Below are positions 52,391 through 64,000 of a stretch of 64,000 nt of DNA, one piece after another. Origin of the DNA: Octopus sinensis (taxonomy: Eukaryota); NCBI RefSeq assembly GCF_006345805.1, contig NC_043003.1, positions 44,702,001-44,766,000 on the forward strand, read 5' to 3'. Position numbers and translations under genes: made by a program. Position 1 is the stretch's first letter. Every line of letters begins with the position of its first letter. Below the pieces are notes generated by a model that saw only the letters and a program-made list of their open reading frames with translations, had not been told where the DNA came from and did not search any database.

Positions 52391-54037
52391 GTTAGTATGC
52401 GCTGAAGCATAATTTAAAATTCTCAGAGGTCATTTGATTTAATAGAACCAAAAAAATCTCGATATCAACGTCACCATCATGCTCGTGTGTATGTATTTCT
52501 ATGACAGTGTGTGCTTGCGTGTGTGTGTGTCTGTGTGTGCATTTGTGTGTCTGTTTATGCCTATATGTATGTGAAATTATTTGTGTGCGCGTGTGTGTGT
52601 GTGCGTGTGTGTTATTATGCCTCGTTATGAAAGAGGGACATTGTGTTGAAGAAAAGTAAACAGTAATTTCGAAATTGGATTTATTTACATGAAATTAGGA
52701 TGTAGGCGTGTTTGTGCATGTTTATATGTGTTTGTGTATGTGAGATCGTGTGTTTGTGTGGTAGTGTGCGGCAGCTACTATGTTTCCAGCTACTCCAAGC
52801 CTGTTTGGCACATTCATCTCAGATTTACTGTCGACTGGATGAGGGCAATAAAAACGCTTCTATAGGAATGTTCCAATATCCTACTACCAGGTCTGTCCAG
52901 TAAATTTTTCTACTGCTAATAGATCTTTGCTCTTGGTATTATAATGGAGGCGGAGATTGCATAGTGCTCATTCGGATCTTACTTAACCACATTGCGACAC
53001 TAATGTGCAATTTGTTTACGTTACACACCCTCCACTCCAAATAACCTGAGTTCATGTTGTAGTTGTGTGGGCTTTTATGCTCTTGATAGTTCGGTCTTTC
53101 AGTTTGCGATATACCACTGGTGAATGTTGTATATACTTGCGAATAACGTTTTTATGTTCTCACAAATGTCCATACTTATATAGTTTTCTTTTATTTCCGA
53201 TGTTTATCTTTTTTCGTATAATATATTCATTTCGTGCCATAGGTAACTGTTGGCCCAGAGTTCTCGTACATATTTAAAAATATGTATTTAATTTGATGTT
53301 GGTGCTTAGTGACGTTACTATGCACTTGGCACATAGTGATAGAGAAGGTATATCTTCGAGCGTCCGTCGATATGTTTCAAAATAAATTGAATTCGTTTTT
53401 GTTATTTTTCCATACAACCAATCTGATATTTCTATTTGCTGGCGAATAGCAATCTTAAACATCAAGTCATTTGACTTTCTTCAGATATTTTGCTAAATGT
53501 TTTTTCTGTGCAAATCTTGATTATATTTGATGGAGAAACGTCTGAATTTTGTTGCTGATTTCAGGTTTATATTTACTTAACTCATTAGAAACTGGTTGGT
53601 TTTACTCAGAATTTTCTTCGACGTATTTTGCTTGCTGAGATAAATATTTGGCACCGCAGTAAAAGTGACTGAGGTATTTGACATCCCGACTACAATTCAT
53701 TCTTTTCGTGAAGCAAAGTGAGTCACGTTCCATAGCAGTTTTAGAAAATTGATTGAGATATTGGTTCAGTTAAGGTACATTTTTATTACTCTCGATAATT
53801 AAGCGATATACGGGAGCTGATTAGAGTTTCTTGCCTAGTGATAAATTATAGAGTAGTAATCCCATGTTTTGAGATTCCTTAAAATTTATCTCATTTATCC
53901 AAAGATGATGAATGCTTATTTTTTACCAAGGCTTATTTTAATGAAACAAATGCTAGGATAAATCGTCGTTAACAGAAAGAGGAATTGACCCATTTAACGA
54001 TAATATCATTGTTTATGCATGTATAAGCAAAATTGTA

Positions 54038-54170
54038 CCGAGGTCGACTTTGCCTTTCATCCTTTCGGAGTCGAAAAATTAAGTACCAGTGAAAAACTGG
54101 GGTCGATGTAATAGACTAGTGCCCTCCACAGAAACTTCAAGCCATGTGCCTTTAGTAGAAATGATTATTT
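54038..54170 (+). mobile_element. 5'-truncated SINE type A, short-tail variant
   Basis: ccgaggtcgactttgcctttcatcctttcggagtcgaaaaattaagtaccagtg...gcctttagtagaaa. Confidence 0.85.
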
Positions 54171-55166
54171 ATGTGTGTATATGATTGTGGGGGAGGGGTG
54201 TATATTCACATCACCAATATCTTAGGTTCGTGTATCATCATTTTCAACTTCAGTATCATTATCAATATCGACATCAATATCATCATCATTATACTTCCAT
54301 TGCTACTACCACTTATCATCATTATCATAATTATTTTCTTGGTAATCATCAAAGTCTTTTTTCCCAGGAGCCGATTTCGTTGAATTTTTTACCATTATCA
54401 GGATCACCACTTTACGGGTTTCGAAAACATCACCATTATCCTCTTTCTCTCTATCTCACATCCATGCTTTATTATTAGTATCACATATAATTTTGACTCA
54501 AGAATTACAGGATCAAATGATCTCTTTGTAAATGCGCGCATAACAATCGCTGTTTTCTTTATTATGTTCTGGTGTAGTGTGTCTGTAAGTACTTATTGTA
54601 TTTCGAGTTCAGCGAATACATGTTAGAATGTTATTTATGTTTCTGAAATTTGTGTGCAATTTCAATGATTTATATAAACATTGGGTATGTTGTAATTCAC
54701 ACATATCGTGCAACAAAGTTGTAACGAAATTTGCATATAAAATACCACTCTACAGAAATGCGGGGACAGTTATGTGCATACACAAACATATATCAATATA
54801 TACGCGTTTGTAACAGAGTATGAGTGTATTTGTCTGTGTACATGTAGATGTGTTATGTGAATACAATGTGTGAATATAAATGCACGCGGATGTAAGTGTG
54901 ATGTCATAAGATATACCACTTCCTGATAAATAAGAGGTATGTATATCGATAAATAGATATATAGGTAGGTGGCTAGATAATTCGAGATATAGAGACAAAG
55001 AGAGGAATGGGAAGAGAGAAGATTAAATGAGATATATTTTAAAAAGACACCTATCAGATTCTTGGAGCATTTGATTTCCCCAGAGAAACTATCTGATGAG
55101 AAACAGAAATATCCCATGCCGCATTTGCTAAAAGACAACGAATGATAAAAATAAAATAATATATAT

Positions 55167-55203
<37 letters not shown>

Positions 55204-55819
55204 AATAGTTGTGCCTTCATAATATTGAACGCTAATGCATGGAAATGATTTTGTAAGTTTTTCTTGAGATAATATAGGAAGAAAATAAGAAATGTATATC
55301 AAAAGGTATGAGTATCGATATAAGAATTTGTAATTAATCTAATGCTGCCCCACGGACACTGATTCGATTTTCTATCAATAAAACTCATTCCAACTGAATA
55401 TAAATTCATTTATGTTATTATACAGAAGCGGATTATTACTTAGAATTTAATACCTTTATCTACTGAAGCGGTAGATGATACATTTAAGTGGGGGACAGAA
55501 GGAGATACGAGGAAAGAAATAATATTCATTGAATGTTGTATTTGGTAAGTTCTTTCTTACTTCATTCCACTTACATAAAACACAGGCAGATACACTTTGT
55601 GTCAAACGTAGGTCTAGCGATGTGATCCATTTTAATCCAATATGGACTATTGTATCAATGATTAATCTTGTGAAAACACCCATGAGAAACACATTGAATG
55701 TTGTATTAGAATTATGAATTTGTTCCGAAACGTTCGTCTAAAGCGGATATGTTCGTGAATAATATTTGTGGGACCGAACATAAGATGAAACCCACTAAAC
55801 GCGCGCGCGTATTACAACT

Positions 55820-55968
55820 ACTGATGTTGCTGCTGCTACCACTGCTACTACTACTACTATCGTCGTTGTTGCTGCTGCTGCTACTATTTACTGCAGCTGC
55901 TGCAACCTCTGCAACTGTTATTATTGTTGCTAAACGTGATGATGATTATGACACTACTGCTGCTGATG

Positions 55969-56001
<33 letters not shown>

Positions 56002-56002
56002 T

Positions 56003-56087
<85 letters not shown>

Positions 56088-56110
56088 ACTACTACTACTA
56101 CTATAACTAT
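55820..56110. repeat. Compound trinucleotide microsatellite (TGC/TAC/TAA)
   Basis: Direct reading. Confidence 0.9.
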
Positions 56111-56179
56111 TACGGCTACACACATTCATATACAAAGGCCCGCACATATACATATATAGGGAGAGATAGAATGATCGAC

Positions 56180-56180
<1 letters not shown>

Positions 56181-56254
<74 letters not shown>

Positions 56255-56604
56255 CACATAGATAAGTTTCTTTATTGGCCACACAGGGCTGCACACAAAT
56301 AGGACAAGTTACAAGGTAGAGCTTTTCTTTTGGGGGATGAAAAAAACAAAAAACAAAAGAAACAAAAAAAAGGGGTGGCGTAGGTTTTCGATCAAGAGGG
56401 ATCGTAAAAGGGAAGAAAAGAACAAAAAAAAATTTAAAAACATAAAAGAAAAAAGAAAAAAGAAAAAAAAGAAAAGGAAAAGAACAAAAGAAAAGAGAAA
56501 TGAAAAAAGAAGAAAAAAGGGGAAAAAAGGGGAAGAGGAAAAAAAACGATCAATAGGGATCGTGTATCACAGTGTTATGATAGACAGATAGATAGATAGA
56601 TAGG

Positions 56605-56673
<69 letters not shown>

Positions 56674-56770
56674 GGAATGACGGATAGCGGTAGGTAGATA
56701 ACTCGGGTAGGTAGGTAGGTAGGTAGGTAGGTTAGTAGGTTGGTAGTTGCGTATGTAGGTGTGTAGGTAG
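56181..56770. repeat. (GATA)n microsatellite split by an insertion, followed by (GTAG)n
   Basis: GATA runs at 56181-56264 and 56579-56673. Confidence 0.9.
56265..56578 (-). mobile_element. Probable retroelement 3' end inserted in (GATA)n
   Basis: The minus strand is T-rich and ends AATAAA-gaaact immediately before (TATC)n; no coding sequence. Confidence 0.5.
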
Positions 56771-58719
56771 GGTGAGAATTACATTTACTAGCTTACCGGT
56801 GCTATGTAGGTATTAAATAACTAAAAAATGACATTCTTGTCTGATATTCAATTCTGGTGTGTCTTTCAATGGCTAACTTAGTATAGATTGCTCGCGATTT
56901 ATATAAGACTAAACAACTATGATTGTAAATCCCAAGAACGCATCTGGATATCTGCCAAACACTAATGTGGTCCATATATACAATGCAAATATAATGTCCA
57001 AGTAGTTGATTATAAATCATCGGCTAGCTACACCCACCTTGGTGTACCTAATGTCTTACATTTTTCACGATATTAAATGGTATGTAATATGTAAAGAGCA
57101 GAGAATGAATTCCAGACGAGGAACACTTCATGCTATAATAATGTCACGTAAACAAATAAGGGATCTAGACAGAGATTTCCTAATCATGTCTCACGTACAC
57201 AAATTTCACAAACATCACTCAAACATAGAATGATGCCAGGATATGAGACAGAATTAGAAATCATTAAACTGAAATCTAATAGTAAATAGAATATTAAGGG
57301 ATAAATGAAAGTACCTTATATCTCGAGACCAACTTTACAACCGTTTTCAAATTAATCGCCTGAGATTCTGCTTCATCTTTCGACTTGCAAGTTTAGACCA
57401 CGCAGCCTTAAAAACAAGGAAGAACCCATCAGATATCTTAATCCAAAATGCAGGAAAATGATGACTTGGGCATTATTTGAAGACTTTGATTCATATTTTT
57501 GTATATGAAGCCGGTATTGGGTTTGATAAAACGCACTGTATTAATTAATATTTCAGGAGGTTTTTGCTGCACAATTATATCATATTTCAAAAGAGTTAAG
57601 AAGGATAAAATAGAGTAATGAAAAAACACTCTTTGCAATAGAAAATAACATCAATAACACAGAAATGCACACATACTCACGCACGCGTCCTCAGTCATAC
57701 TTCAACAAACAATAGGCTACATGGCAATATCCACTACTACTAGTTATCAGAATTGCATCGTAAATAACACTTCATCTCACAAACGTCTCAGCAGTAATCT
57801 AGTCATAAAGAAAACTTCTTTTTTATTTATTTAAATGCTTAAACTAACGTAGAAACTTGCCTGCAAGAACTCTATCATCAAGAGTTCACTGAAATCAAAG
57901 ACAATATAATCACCATGTGAGATTCTGCAATGAATAAACAATATAAATTAGTTGCAAAATCATATATCTAGGAAACACATACAACACTAGGTAATGCAGA
58001 TACTGCAACATTTACTGAACTACAATAATAAATCTAATAAAAAAAAGCAAACAAAAATCTCTAAAATGCAGCGAAAGATAATTCGTAGCGTATCTGTCAA
58101 AATTCCCTATTATAGCTTAGAAGAAAAATGAAACTCAGCATAAATAAACCAAAGTAAAGTATAAAGCCTAAATTACGATCACACGAAAAGATCAATCTCT
58201 TAACCTTTCAAAATATCACAAGACAGATATTAAAACACTATGAAAAGTAATTAGCAATGACAATAACTTATACAGTACTTACACAATATCGTACATCACA
58301 TTAATCACACTCCCAACATCTTATCAACTTTTTACATCAAATCACTCACCAAACACCAAGTACGGAAGAGAAATTCAAATGCGCATTTTCCCTTTGACAA
58401 TCTCCTTAAATCCTTCGTTCATAAAATAAGGGAAATATAATTAATATTAACCACGTCACTTTCAGCAAAATCCCAGTAACTTTAAAATTTAGATCACGTT
58501 ATCTATTATGCATACAAAACATATCTGAAAGGTGATTAACTTCAGAGTCATCATATTTGAGGAATTACATCATTAACAATGATCAAAAATAGAGAAGACT
58601 ATTTGAGTGATTGGTCCACTTACGCACACACAAACAAACAAACAAATATATAATGCTTGGTTTATGTATGCATATATATTATGCACCTGGTTCTCATAAA
58701 CTTACTTCGACAAATATAT

Positions 58720-58932
58720 ATTGGTTTCAAATTATGGCACAAGGCCAGCATTTGAGAGGGAAAGCGCAAGTCCATTACATCGACAATAGAGCTTTACTGG
58801 CACTTATATTATCGAAACCGGCAAAGAGGAAAGATAAAGACAGCCTCGACAGAAATTGAATTCAGAACATAAAAAATGACAAGGTGCCGCTCAGCATTTT
58901 GCCCATCATAGTAACGCGTTTACCAGCTGGTT
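58720..58932 (-). mobile_element. SINE type A, strongly diverged
   Basis: Reverse complement: cagctggtaaacgcgtta...gggcaaaatgctgagcgg...gttctgaattcaatttctgtcgagg...tcgataatataagtgccagt...gtcgatgtaatggact. Confidence 0.75.
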
Positions 58933-61299
58933 GCATTCGACAGCCAAATATTAATTGAAATATTAGCGCGTAAAGTGAAGATATAAAGAGTAACAGTACT
59001 AGACGGTAACGTTCCTTTTTTCTATGCCTCTATAATATGTATGTTTTATAAAGCCAAAGAGGGAGTGATTCGATCTCTTACTCATAATATTTCGGACACA
59101 GGATATGTGTCATTAACCAGCTGGAAAATACGCTTTCCTGTGGTAAGAATGTAGAAACATAGTTCTTTGTATAACAGTGATGTTTTAGTGGCGAAAAAAA
59201 CAACGTTACCAAATTTAGTTATTGTTTAGCCAATATTGAATTATTGGCGACTAATTCAAACATTCGTTGTTAGAATACTGTGTTATGCATAAAAGTTTTA
59301 AGGATAAAAACTGATGAGCTTTTCCTTATTACCTGGAAAGGGGATAGACGTCCCCAAATTGACTCACTATTGAAAAAAACGACATACTGAGTCTATCACA
59401 GAAGATCGGACGGAACGCATTGGCTTAAACTTAAAATAAAAATTGAAAGAATGAGGAAGTTCCTGCACATTCATGTTCCCACTTGTCTATGATTCTGGAT
59501 AGGTGGGAATGTATAATTCTCATAAAAATGAAAATATATATCATGCATAGCCTTGTCAATAAAGACATATGACGTTCAGAATAATCCTTTCCCAGTGTAG
59601 CAAGTAGCTAATTTAAAGGAGAATAGATTACTCTGTAAATCACGTTTATGGAAATGACAAATGAGATGGATGTAGTTGGTTATAAATATAATTATAAAGA
59701 AACTATATGTTATGAATATTTCCCTGACGTGTGCAGTATCTGCTCATAATATTGCAACGTTCCTTTAAGCATTTCTCTAATGCTTATTTTATGAGCAAAA
59801 ACAAAAAGATTCTTAGAAACATAACAGAGAAGAGAAAATTCATCAGAGGATGTTTCGCACATATAAAGAGCATGGTGAAATGTTAAAATTGTAACCCCAA
59901 TAAAATAGGTTGCGCTATTAATATTCTTATTCTTGGAGATTCTTCGCCCCGAACAGGTCACATGCAACAATAGAAGAGATCAGATTTTGTTCTAAGAGAA
60001 AGATTTCTCAAATAATATTTTTAAATGGCAAATCCACTAGCATCTGATTCAGTCTTTTTCAAAGGAGATATCTCACAGTTTTGATGTCCGTCAATATTTG
60101 GAAATAAACGTCAGATATCTGTGGTCGTTATAGATTAGGGTCATTAACATGTGTAATCTACACGTGGAAAAGTTTCTGAAGATTTCCTCGAGTATTGAAC
60201 GACGGTAAGAAGTGACGAAAGAAAAGCAAAGAGAGTATCTGGAATAGAAGTTAAACATCAGTATACAAGGAGATGCAAAATTTCGTATGCTGCTAGAAAA
60301 TTCTAAGAGAACAATGCAATTTATCACCATTAATATTACTGGATGCAGAAGATCACAGACATAAAATACATAACAGAGAAAAATAACAATGACATTAATC
60401 AGAAATGACAGATAGAGCTAGGATGTATAGGGAACCGTGTGACTAATATGTTCGGTTTTATTTTTCATTAGAAAATTTATTTGGTTTATGGTTGGAAGCG
60501 TGTAGAAACATCCATCTTTTCTTTAGCCACAAGGGAACAACTTACTACAAGTTTACAAGCAAGAAATCGAAAGCATATAAAAAAATAATAAATTTGGAAA
60601 TTAAATGAAGTGAAATACAATGTCAATAATAAATCCATACCAATAAATTTGGATTATTGGTGGGTATTAACCACAAATATGAGAGAAAGGTGAAAGAGAA
60701 TTGAAATGAGAATATTTTTGCGAATACAGAATGTGTTTCCATTGCAATTTGAATATTTGATATAGTATTTATTTATTCGTGCAGATCCTGTTATTTTCAA
60801 GTTTATATATTTCTTTGAAATATAATTTTCTCTTTAATAAAAAGAATAAAATACTATGAAAATAACTTTTATTCTGTTACTTCTAATACAACAAACTAAT
60901 TATGTTTCTTTAAATGTAAATTCATTTATTCAGAGGAAAAAAAAAAGAACTGTTTTACATCAGTTGTATAATCATGCAGATATATACACACGTTTCTGTT
61001 TGAAATGTTTGTCTTCTAGTGGTTGCAATTAGTATGTATATTTTCACTATTCCACGGTGATGAATGTAAAGTATTTGTTGACCCTCATGTTTCTCACAAT
61101 CATATTTTCTGCACACTGTGTCGTAAAACTTAATAAAGTATCGACGTACGTCAATGCTGACAGGTAACAAATGCAACAATTATACGCAGAGAAACTACAC
61201 AAAGCAGTTATTCATAGACGATCTACATGTCACTGCATTTCAACGAAATGTTCACGTTGGATGGGAAAATGACATCCATAGAAATATATCTTTGTTCCA

Positions 61300-62300
61300 T
61301 CATTAGGTTTAGTGTTCTGGGAGACCTTCGTTTGGATATATCTTAATATTCCTTGTCGTGGAAGCTGTCAATATCCTGAATATTAGGTAAACCATTTTAA
61401 ATATTTATTCCATAGTGGTTCTTCTAACAAATTCCATGGGCATATTGATATATCTGTAAACATCCGGCTGCAACATCGCTTATTTGGAAATCTTATCATC
61501 ACACGTGTGATATCTTCCTTAGGTATGTAATATAGAAATTTTCAGTAGCATTTTCGTGATTTATGTTTTCCATTGTTATCATGTTAAACATGTTTTCGTG
61601 GATACCTCAAGTTCTTAAGTAGTAAATATATAAGCCTCACTCTTCCATCCATATGACGTATTTTCTTTTGATATTTGCAGTATTTTCATGTTATCTGTAT
61701 ACAAGCCTTTATACAAATACTTCTTTGGAAATCAAGTGATTCTCTAGGATTTGTGAAAGAATTTATACTCAGTATGGAATATTTTGTCTTCTCCAGTTTG
61801 AGCTTCCAAAATCTATCAAGTTACTATTGCAATCCCGGACCGTCGTTATATTGACAAGGCTAATGTGCTTTTGGAATAGTTAGAATACATTCAAGTAGGT
61901 GTTAGAATATAGTTAGTTAAAGAACTTCAGCGGTTTTGAAAAGATTTATTTGTAGTAATTAGAGTGGAGATTGGATATTTTGGACACAATAAAATGTGGT
62001 GCCGCGAGGCCACTAAGTGTACAGGCAAGGAAGTGAGTGTAATGGTGAAAAAATAGTCTGAGGTGGAAGAAAGGAGTTCTATGGTTCACATTTTTTAATG
62101 CAATGATAAATATCGTCTTGTTTATCGGTCGCCTGGTTGTTTGTTTACGAATCTGTTCCTTCAAGGCTTGTTCGTAGGTTATCTATTAGTGATTTTATTT
62201 CAAATGGATTCTATCTTTCCTTCTTTGTCTGCAACCCGAGATAGTTGATTATTGTGGAAGTATATATCTGATGATCGTACTTTTCTGGTTTTGATATCAA
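61300..62300 (-). mobile_element. Possible highly decayed non-LTR RT remnant
   Basis: Only a short LYTDNMKIL (like LYMDDxKL) near 61700 and weak upstream similarity; not a continuous frame. Confidence 0.25.
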
Positions 62301-64000
62301 TGGAGTCCATTTCCTATATCTCTTATTTAATGCCCGATATGCTAGCACCAGTATTAGTGTTTTAAATAGCATGCCGTATTATCATTTCTTACCTTATCTT
62401 TTTGTATGTATTTCCTTAATGACAACCGGTACATTTGAAATGACTGAGTTTACTTAAACCAGCGCAATGACTTTGCGCGTCTTAGTCCAACAAAAAATAT
62501 CGGTCGCTCACTTAGTACAACATTTTCTTGCTTCTTCGTGCTTTACTCATTTCTGATTGCGATTCTCTGGCATCATTGCAAATTTCCAATCTTTATTTGT
62601 AACGACATTTATATTTATATCTTGGATATCTGATGGAAAAGGTGATATTTTTAATAACAAGAAGACAATATAGATAGAAAATCATATTTTTATCCTATTT
62701 TGTTATTTAATAACTATATGTCTTGTCATATGACAAGAAATGGCTGAAGTAGTAGTGCTGAATGCAAATGTCTTCAAGTGTATTGAATATCTGTTTTCAA
62801 GATGCCCCCTGTTTTTTTTATGACAGGTGGGATAACTTTTACCACTTTGTCTTAGGATTTAATATAACAACACAATATTCTGAGTGGTCTTTCCCTTTCA
62901 GTTCGGTGAATCAAAGGTCGTGTTGTGTTTCTGTTTTTCATAGAGGTAAATATCTAGTGCGTATAGATATATTACACAGTCAGTAATTTGAAGCAGGTGA
63001 CACAATTCATTTACATTTTAATCAAACTTATTCAAACGAACAGGCATTTATGTTGTTCCTTATTTTCATTTGTTCTTTCAAGATATTAATTTTGTCTAAT
63101 TTTGCATGCTTTCCACAAGTAATATTTAACAGAAATTTTTCAGTGTTTATTTTAAGAGGATTTGATTTAATTCTTTGTTTTCTTCTACCGTTTAACTTTT
63201 TTTTTCTATTCCCTCTGTTTGATTATTAACAAACAACATTTGCAGAACACTTTTTAGTGACTCTGTTTCATTTATTGAAATGTTTGTTTGTTTCATTTAT
63301 TGAAATGTTTGTTCGTTTCATTTATTACACTTACATATCCTTTGTTGTACATTTACCTTCCGCTTCACATTTCTTGATGCATTTCTCAGGTTGTTTAAGT
63401 GTCAAGTGGACTGCATATATAAAACTAAATAATTCTAGTCATCTGCTTCAAAGAATATTGTCCCAAAAACTATCCTTTTGAAACTACTACAAGCATTTAA
63501 GTTTAACTATACACTTTGACAAATTTATTCACATGCAATGACGTAAACCGGAAAAAAAATATATGAATATTTGTGTTATACTTGTATGCGTACCTTTCCA
63601 TATATATTTATCTCCCCTACCTTCCTAAATACTCATCGTATATTCCTCACCAATGTTATGATTGTGTCTATCCGTATCAGCTCAACATCCTTCAACACTC
63701 CAAGCAATCTATATTATTCAACCGCATTTATTGATGCGACCACGTTATTATCTGGAAGGAAGATTTCACCTCACTTGTTTTACCACAATAACCTGTATCA
63801 CGAATCCTCGGAAATATATTTAATAGTTTACATGAAAGAATAAACATTATTTTCACGAGTTGTGTGAGGTTTAGTATTTCTTCTAAGAATTATTGATTCA
63901 TTCCTTGATTTTGTTTGTATTTACATAATATGAATGAAAAGGATCAAATGAATAACAAATGCATTGTGAGCAATGAGTCGCTTTAGAATGGAAACACTTC

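Noticed and set aside
52820-52930. RKIYWTD (LDL-receptor YWTD-like) on the minus strand
   Set aside because: Only ~37 codons between stops, no splice sites and no further repeats.
55094-55115. ctgatgagaaacagaaa as a hammerhead core (similar ctgatgag near 59310)
   Set aside because: No helix II or helix I pairing.
55050-55130. Cys-rich micro-exon candidate KCGMGYFCFSSDSFSGEIKC
   Set aside because: Good acceptor but weak donor (GTGTCT); cannot be linked to other exons.
59333-59430. FSIVSQFGDVYPLS resembling a K+ channel pore signature
   Set aside because: Lacks the TTVG part of the filter; short and unsupported by adjacent exons.
63590-63830. E*YRLLGVLK resembling the LINE YKYLG motif on the minus strand
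   Set aside because: A single short motif with stops; insufficient to call an element.

Overview
AT-rich, microsatellite-dense eukaryotic DNA made almost entirely of transposable-element debris. The SINE families and repeat style point to an octopus/cephalopod genome (recognition from memory, not a database result). No host protein-coding gene could be supported; most ORFs in the supplied track are microsatellite artefacts. Recognisable elements are five Penelope-like element (PLE) fragments (RT and/or GIY-YIG), two CR1-group LINE fragments, a nearly intact 1.5-kb RTE fragment, an L1/Tx1 fragment, three RLE-type (R4/Dong-like) LINE fragments, two mariner remnants, a Helitron-like element and about ten tRNA-derived SINEs of three types. 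The most interesting signal is a recurring type-I hammerhead-ribozyme (HHR) grammar (CUGANGA or UUGANAA core, GAAA, palindromic helix III). It occurs (i) in the ~297-bp inverted arms of a PLE fragment at 11831-12780, one copy fully base-paired with a U3-A8 covariation, (ii) twice in a 259-bp fold-back at 28412-28670, (iii) in ~200-bp mini-elements embedded in (TA)n tracts, and (iv) downstream of a tRNA-like Pol III head at 27184-27944, suggesting a ribozyme-bearing SINE. A CR1-group LINE and one SINE family also share a 3' tail whose stem-loop covaries. All folds were done by eye; no catalytic activity is demonstrated.
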